Assembly: GCA_965655095.1 (NCBI GenBank)
Contig: OZ296648.1
Coordinates: 154,628,001 to 154,692,000, forward strand
DNA length: 64,000 nucleotides
Source of the DNA: Haplodiscus bocki
Taxonomy: Eukaryota
Reading direction: 5' to 3'
Position 1 is the first letter of the stretch; each line of letters starts with the position of its first letter. The position numbers were made by a program, and so were the translations under genes. Positions 57,701 to 64,000 of the stretch are shown one piece after another. The notes under the pieces were generated by a model. It had not been told where the DNA came from. It did no database searches and worked only from the letters and a program-made list of their open reading frames with translations.

Positions 57701-58877
57701 GAATGGTTACTGAAATAACAAGACAAAATATTTTGCGTGGAAAGTACATAACGGGACTTCACTGAATTTCTGTCGGTTCTGCATAATGCGAGCAACTGAA
57801 TGGGGTCTAGATGGCCAGAAGCCAACGAATATTCTTCGACAAAACGCTTTTACTGAAAAAAAGCCAGAAAATCATATACAAAGTTGAGACTACTAGTCCA
57901 TATATTTGGCGTGGAAATTATGTGACTGAAAATCCAGCATCTTAATTTTTGGGGATTTCGAATGAGCGCCTGATGACGGCAATCCAATTTGTTTTTTTTC
58001 TGGGAACTCAATCACAAATTAATTAGCCTTAATTTTGCTGCTCAATGTTGAGGAAGCTTGCGCAGCAAACAACGGAAAATTGAACAAGTACTTGCCAAAA
58101 ACTGCAAGTTTTGAAAATTATAAAAGAAATTAAGCAAAAGCCGGTTGATCATCCACATTCCCGTTTTCTTTCAGACTATGTGAAAAAACAGGAGGTTGTG
58201 AACTCGATTCTCAATGAAAATGATTTGATCGAAATCGCCAATATTCACATTGCGTCAAACACTCAGAGCGTTGAAAATTACGTGACATTTCAAAATTTTC
58301 AAGAAAGGAAATTGAGAGTCGACAAATTTCGGACGCGACAAAGGGTCATCTTTTTCAAAAAGCGAACATTCAGGTGCGTATTCGAATGACAAATTTAAGC
58401 GTATTTGAGAGTATCAGTTACCAGTTGGAGTCGAAAAAGTGAAAAGCGAAGAGTGGGTTCGGACTAGTTTTGAGTGAGCGGGAGAGAAAAACATAGAAAC
58501 CAATGGTGCGAGTCGATAAGCGCTAAGAATGGTTAAAAAACCAATTGCAATTACGCAAAAGGATATTGCGTTGAAAACTACAAACTAATCAAACGTCCAG
58601 GAATTCGAAATTTCGACGCATTCATTGGTCTACTGGTAAATTTTCTTGTTTTAAAAAGTTGCAGTTTTTAGACCCTTCAGGAATCAATTTTTTTTTGGAC
58701 GCAATGTGTAGTCACAATCTTAGAAAAAAGCCGAAAGTAAGATGCGAATCATAGTGACAGTTCTGAGGAGACTGTATCTCAGTAGTTGCATATTCGAATC
58801 GAAGCTCCTACTACAAGTTCCTGGAATCGGAGACTAAACGGTGACGCTCTCTCTATCTTGAGGGACGAGGGAAAGTA
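48735..58877 (+). repeat. Higher-order (dimer) duplication, period 6,085 bp
   Basis: Identical ORF translations at offset 6085: 49459/55544, 49541/55626, 50756/56841, 51156/57241, 51400/57485 and 52026/58111. Confidence 0.95.
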
Positions 58878-59040
58878 GAAAAAAGAGTAAAGTAAACAAC
58901 AAGCAGGTACCATTTAGGTTCACTCTAACAATAAACCTTGCCCAGTCGGTCAATCACAGGCCGTTGGCGAAGAGAATGTAAGTTCTATATTGCCGACTAA
59001 AATTTATTTGAAACCTTGTGATTGTTTCCATTTGAAAATA

Positions 59041-59958
59041 GCTAAATTTATATTATATTCCGCCTATATTTATGATAAGGAAAGAAAATTATCCTTTCAG
59101 CGCGGTGCGTTTGTTTCACGTTCACTTGCCGGCACGGCCGGAAGACAATTCTGAATTTCAAATTTTTTCAACACAAAATTGAAGTAAGTTTGCCCTATAA
59201 TTCGCCTCAAATAGTAGGATTTCTCAAATGGGTACGAAAGTTGGGGTTTTCCAAAAAAAAGTTGGGTGTTGCTTGAAAAAATCCTATTTTTTTTTCAAAA
59301 TCGTACTTTGCTCTTGTTACTTCGTCCGAAATTGCAAAAGTAGAAAATAATTTATTGCATAAAGCCGTTTTACTTTTTCAGGAAATTTTGCGAATTATCT
59401 AAAAGTGACTTGAAATTGCGGGCGTGAATTTTACCTTTCGGATGCAAAAATTACACGCCATAGACGGATCGAACCCTCAAACTGCAGGTTAATATGTTGC
59501 AGCCTTATCAAGCAAGAGGGTCGGCTACCGCCGGCACATTTTCCGCTTTCCCATTTTGGTAAAGATGCCTTTAAAAGAATCCAAGCGCTTTTTTTTCAAA
59601 ACATTATTTTTTGAGTGAGGGCCAAAAAACCTCACAATTAACGTGAACGTTTTTTCAAAAAACAATATAACTTGATATGCTTTCTACAGCAAATTTGCTA
59701 CCTTCAGTGATTTTGAAACAATTCATTTTTCAAAGAATCTCATTTTTTTTCAACAGAAAACCCCAATTTTTGAACGTTTTGAGAAATCTTAATTTGTCGT
59801 ATTCTACGGCAAATTTGCTATCAAATTTGTAATGTCCTGGTCAGAACCAGAGACAAGTGTCAATTGGCAAGTGAGCGTGAAAAAACGTCGGATTTGATCG
59901 TTTTGAGTGAATTATTTTCCTTCCAAATTGTAAATATGCCCGGAAAATATCAATTGTA
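59041..59958. mobile_element. Complete ~920-bp foldback/MITE-like element with ~200-bp imperfect TIRs, ending the array
   Basis: The right arm ...ttctacggcaaatttgcta...tggcaagtgagcgtgaaaaaacg...attttccttcc...ccggaaaatatcaatt is inverted to the left-arm consensus gctaaattkata..ttccgcc...ggaaggaaaatcatcc...cgtttttttacgttcacttgcca...tagcaaatttgccgta. Confidence 0.75.
59446..59535 (-). ncRNA. tRNA-like or SINE-head-like putative Pol III cassette (monomer 13)
   Basis: Minus strand: GCCGGCGG TAGCCGA ccctcttgcttgata AGGC tgcaac atattaa cctgc agttt gag GGTTCGATCC gtctatGGCG tgtaa TTTTT. This gives an A-box-like motif, a B-box and a T5 terminator. The T-stem and acceptor stem are imperfect. Confidence 0.45.
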
Positions 59959-60257
59959 GAGAAATAGATATAACACATGCATGCATATGTTTAATTGATA
60001 ATTGCATGTCACTCTATGGCGATATATTGTGGCCACATATTCGCAAGCCAAAATACCTTGGTGACAACTGGGGCTCTTGCATAACTTTTACACCGATTTT
60101 CGAGGATCAATAAGAAATCTTTTTTACATGCTAATGGTTTTAAAATGTAGATATTTTGATTTGCTTGCAAGACATGTGCGCATTGAAAATTAACAAGAAC
60201 ATGTTCCAGTAAACTGGAGATGGGACTCCAATTTTTCAATCCCACCCGGGTCGACCA

Positions 60258-60397
60258 CCCAAGGATGACACAGGGCATTCTTAGTAAGACAGAGATGGGG
60301 TACAGGGGAACCAGGGATGACTTAGTACGGTCCCAGGGATGCACCCATGGGGTCTACTAAGTTATCCCTGGGACTGTAGTAAGTTATCTATGGGCCC
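60258..60397. repeat. GC-rich cluster of a ~17-bp motif in direct and inverted orientation
   Basis: ccagggatgacttagta (60311) pairs with tactaagttatccctgg (60355-60371; 1 mismatch). Further partial copies at 60258, 60332 and 60378. Confidence 0.6.
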
Positions 60398-63300
60398 AGT
60401 GCATACACATTACATAATTGAGTAACGTTTTGATAATTTATGCATTTCACCAGAAATGAAGAATAATCAAACATTGGAGGTGAAATCTGATCAAGTTTAT
60501 ACCTATTGAAGATATTTTGTCAACCAGCATGTTTAAAAGCATCAGGAATAAGGAGTTTTCTAAAAACATATGCTTTGTAATGACAATCTGACTGAAGAGA
60601 AATACAAAATGAAACAATATTTTTCTCGTAATTACCTAATCTCGTCTTTTTGGATCAGATCATTCTTGTCGATTTCAAAAGCATCGCGAAATGTTTCGTT
60701 CTGAATCGACTGTTAGATTCTTTATACATTTAGGTACAGAAAAACACAATACCTAGAAAAAAAAGCATCTTGATCCGCAATTTCTGCAATAGGTTACAGG
60801 TCATTCTTACTAGGGCCATCCATGGAACCAGGGCTTTCTTAACAAGTTCTTGTTACGAGTTTTGCCAGGGACAGGGATGGTGAATTTCACCAGGAAGATT
60901 GCAGTTTTCTTCAAGACTTAATTGGAAAACCTGTAGTTTTTCAGCCCATGTCGACATGTAATCCAATTATCCTTGGTTCCTAGTCAGACTGTTAGTAAGT
61001 AGTTGATTAGTAGTAAATTGAGCTTTTGTAGAAAAAATCAGTCAATTGAAGGTTGAAAAAAATGTGCCAATCATTGTGTTGACGCAACGCTATATTTATA
61101 ATCACTAATTCAATGTTTCTTTATACATGGCTGCAGTCATATAGAAAAGTACAAAATTTAAAGTAAACACTGACATCGCAACAAAATCACTATTCTTTGA
61201 CACTTACTATTCTGAAAAACAAATTTTTGATTTTTGTCCCCTTTTTCTGGTCCAACCGTTCCCCGACCAATAAATTTACTATCGTTTCAAAATTCAATAA
61301 TCGTGTTCTATGGAATAAGCTGTGCAATCGCATTTTTTGACAACATACGTCATTACTTCTCCCAAAGTGACCCATAGTTATCAAATTTTGACTCAAATCT
61401 ACTATAATCTGTTTTTTTTCAGGAAACATTTTCAGGTTAAAAACCGCCACATGACTCGAATAAGGAGCGTTTTGCAAAATGCCAGAAATTTGCGCTCCAC
61501 CTTCAGATGCTTTTTTCTGCTTTGATCACTCAAACTACCAAAAAATCTCTCCGACCCAAAAAAATACATAGTATGAGTCAATGGAAAAATTGTACAGCTT
61601 TGTGGATCGAAAAAAGAAAAGGCATTATTTTTCCACTACAAATATTCGGCCTGTCTCATACACTTCACGTTTTTGACCACTTGAGTGCCAATTTTGTTTT
61701 TTTTTCATGGAAGCAACAATAATTGGTGCCAGTCTAGTATGCGGTCTACATTTTATGAAAGTGTGAAAACTATCAGACAAAAAAGCTCTCGCCCAATAAT
61801 AATTGAGCAAGTTCGGCGCACCGGAAGGAAAACACCGATTTCAACAGAAGATCGCGGATTTTTGTAGACAAGCACCCAATATTTTTTGTTTTGATTCCAT
61901 TTCTGATCAGTTGATGCCAATGTACAGTTAAGATAATTGAAGTGTTTGGGAATGATATATAATAATAAATATAATATAACTTAACCAATCAATCAGTTCA
62001 GTAACCATTCATCAAAAAGATATGAGCATTTTCATGCGCTGGAATAATTTAGCAAATTGGGATGAAGTCAAGTCTACTGCAGAGGATGTAAAGTGAGAAA
62101 AAGATGAAGAACTGCTGCTGTTCTGTTTTGTCTGTCAAATGTCGCCTCGCCTCGACAGTCAAGTCAGCACAATAGATTACATCACATTAGATTAGATCAC
62201 ATTAGAAGTAGCCAGCATTTCCTTGAAACCCACAGCAGCTGTCTACAAACCAACCGAACTCCAAATTTAAACGCCAACTTGCATCTTTTCTGTTAATTCT
62301 CCCCCACAGTAGAAGCTCAAAATTCAAATCCCCCTCACGCAGAAACGAACTCGTCTCCGATTGGCTAAAGTTCACTCGCGCGTGAGTTAAAACATTACGC
62401 CACTTATTATTACGCATATCCATCATAGTGTGGGGAGTAATTAAATCAGTGGGGGGGGGGGGAATTAAAAGAAAAGATCCGCAAACTTTTTCATCAATTT
62501 GATACCACGCCTAAAATTTTCCTTCTCACTGCCATAATTTCAATCAGATTTCAAGGAATGAAGTCAAAAAGTTTCAAGTATGAAAATATTTTTTGAAACG
62601 GCATAAATAGAGGGTCGTTGTTCCTAACGGAATTGGCGGTGGTTTTTTTCGAAGTCTGGTTGTTTCGGTTGTAAACACAGATGAACAGTGGCCATTGTGA
62701 GTACATTTAGAAAATCATAAGGAAGCCTTGCGTTTGATCAAGAATAAATACATGTATTGCTGAGGAGGAATTGTTAGGACAAAATTACAGCTGGGTGGAT
62801 AGGGTATCTCTGGGCACGAATACGAATAGAAAAGAATTTAAATCACTCACTCAATAAAGTATTATTTTCATTGTAATTAATGAGGCGATCAAGTAAATTA
62901 TAAAACTATAAATCAAATGATAATCATCCAGCTAATGTGATTTTAAATAGGCATTAAGTATTCAAAGATTTTGTATAGTTGATTCTTTGGCGTATAATTT
63001 CGATTTCAATCATTTTTTACATCAAAACCTGCAATCAAACAATTTATCAAAATGTTACACTACCAAATTCTCCTCTTTTGAAAAGTTGCAGTCAATGCAT
63101 GAGATTGGTGGCACATTCAATGGGCTGAGCCTTCGGCGGTGACTATGACGTCACAGTTATTTTTTCCTGATTATGTGACAGTCATTATCAAGAGTAGAAA
63201 CTACTCAAAAATACTTCTACTGGGCAGTATCCATAGAAGTGGCGGTTGATTCCAGTACGAGAAAAAATGGCGTAAAAGGTAAGAGAGGCCATGGAGCGTA

Positions 63301-63435
63301 CTTGTAAAGTATAAGATGGTCTAGGGGTGTTTTAATCAGCAATCGTAGCGTCTTCTCAGGTAAAGTTATTATGAGAGGTTAGGGTTAGTTATGACAGTGA
63401 GTAGTAGAAGTTATGAGTTGTTGAGCTGACGACCA

Positions 63436-63513
63436 CTACATGAAATAGTTGGCCAGGTAAGCAACTACAATTACCACCAGGACAGCTCCACATGCCATCA
63501 TCATCAGCTTCTT
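63436..63513 (-). CDS. Probable terminal coding exon encoding a C-terminal membrane anchor (syntaxin/SNARE-like)
   Basis: A strong acceptor (long T-rich tract ending gctaacag) is followed in phase 0 by KKLMMMACGAVLVVIVVAYLANYFM*: a basic pair, ~21 hydrophobic residues, then a stop. ATTAAA lies ~100 nt downstream (63331-63336). Confidence 0.6.
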   Translation of the reverse strand, partial: KKLMMMACGAVLVVIVVAYLANYFM

Positions 63514-63876
63514 CTGTTAGCAAAAAAAAGCAAAAAGTTAGTTATTACCATCATTAATTGAATATATCCATTGAAGGGAGAAGTTTGAAGTAAGAGTTGA
63601 CATTCACAAACAGATATTAAGGTTCACTACATTGAGTTTACTTCATGGGTTTGGGTACACTCAAAGCTCGTCAAAGAAGTAAAACATGATGTGAAAATGG
63701 AACCGTACAGAACATGCAAACTCTTCACCTAATGCTCAAAAAATTACCAAAGAATTTTCATCCAAACTTTTATTACATGAAAAACATATTTGCTTCAGAC
63801 AAGAAAATTCTATTCTGAAGCTAAATTGGAGAATGCTTTTTACGGGAAGATTTGCAATACTTGAGTAAGCGGAAGA

Positions 63877-63999
63877 TTATATGTCGAGAACCGGGGTATT
63901 GGATCGCGAACTTCCTTCTCGAATAAATGTTCTGGCATTATCTTCTACTGGGTCGGGAGAAGCAGCTGGAATTTCGGAATATTCTGGAACCTCTTGTAA
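63877..63999 (-). CDS. Possible 3' end of a coding exon running off the window
   Basis: Open frame LQEVPEYSEIPAASPDPVEDNARTFIREGSSRSNTPVLDI*, more GC-rich than its flanks. AATAAA on the minus strand at 63769-63774. Confidence 0.35.
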   Translation of the reverse strand, partial: LQEVPEYSEIPAASPDPVEDNARTFIREGSSRSNTPVLDI

Positions 64000-64000
64000 A

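Larger units (their letters stand above)
22345..59958 (+). repeat. Macrosatellite: 13 head-to-tail ~3.0-kb monomers
   Basis: The marker gagacagtgg (or a variant) occurs at 22526, 25543, 28197, 30001, 32997, 36035, 39107, 41759, 44827, 47885, 50879, 53968 and 56964. Spacings are 3017, 2654, 1804, 2996, 3038, 3072, 2652, 3068, 3058, 2994, 3089 and 2996. Homologous short ORFs recur throughout the ORF track. Confidence 0.95.

Noticed and set aside
59456-59535. Functional tRNA, including tRNA-Sec (ggcttcaa...acctgcag resemblance in some copies)
   Set aside because: There is no long variable arm, the T-stem and anticodon stem are weak, and the anticodon region varies among copies.
22345-59958. The many 60-200 aa ORFs as a tandem gene family
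   Set aside because: They occur on both strands and in all frames, with starts and stops not conserved between monomers. The hydrophobic minus-strand ORFs simply reflect the T-rich strand.
60780-60980. Possible exon (slightly GC-rich)
   Set aside because: No frame combines convincing splice sites with a recognisable product.
63376-63390. ggttagggttag telomere-like sequence
   Set aside because: Fewer than two full repeats, which is expected by chance.
1-64000. CRISPR array or prokaryotic defence system
   Set aside because: There is no short repeat with unique spacers and no long ORFs or operons. The content is eukaryotic transposon debris.

Overview
AT-rich eukaryotic DNA, most likely from an invertebrate animal. 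It is almost all repeat-derived and has no intact protein-coding gene, operon, rRNA or CRISPR array. Bases 1-22 kb hold decayed mobile DNA: two CR1/L2/Jockey-group LINE fragments, three small TIR elements (two TA-flanked, one hAT-like), a degenerate ~178-bp satellite, a broken gag-like ORF and a Gypsy gag-protease remnant. From ~22.3 to 59.96 kb is a head-to-tail macrosatellite of 13 monomers of ~3.0 kb, three of them shortened by deletions. Every monomer ends in a foldback (long inverted-repeat) element; monomer 3 has lost its centre. The foldback centre carries a tRNA-like minus-strand cassette (A-box-like motif, B-box, T-run). The monomer junction lies inside the right arm, and only the last monomer keeps the whole arm. 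Diverged monomers share near-identical patches, and the distal four form a 6,085-bp dimeric higher-order repeat. The last 600 bp contain a probable minus-strand terminal exon encoding a syntaxin-like tail anchor, plus a second possible ORF end. All alignments and coordinates were read by eye, and boundaries are approximate.
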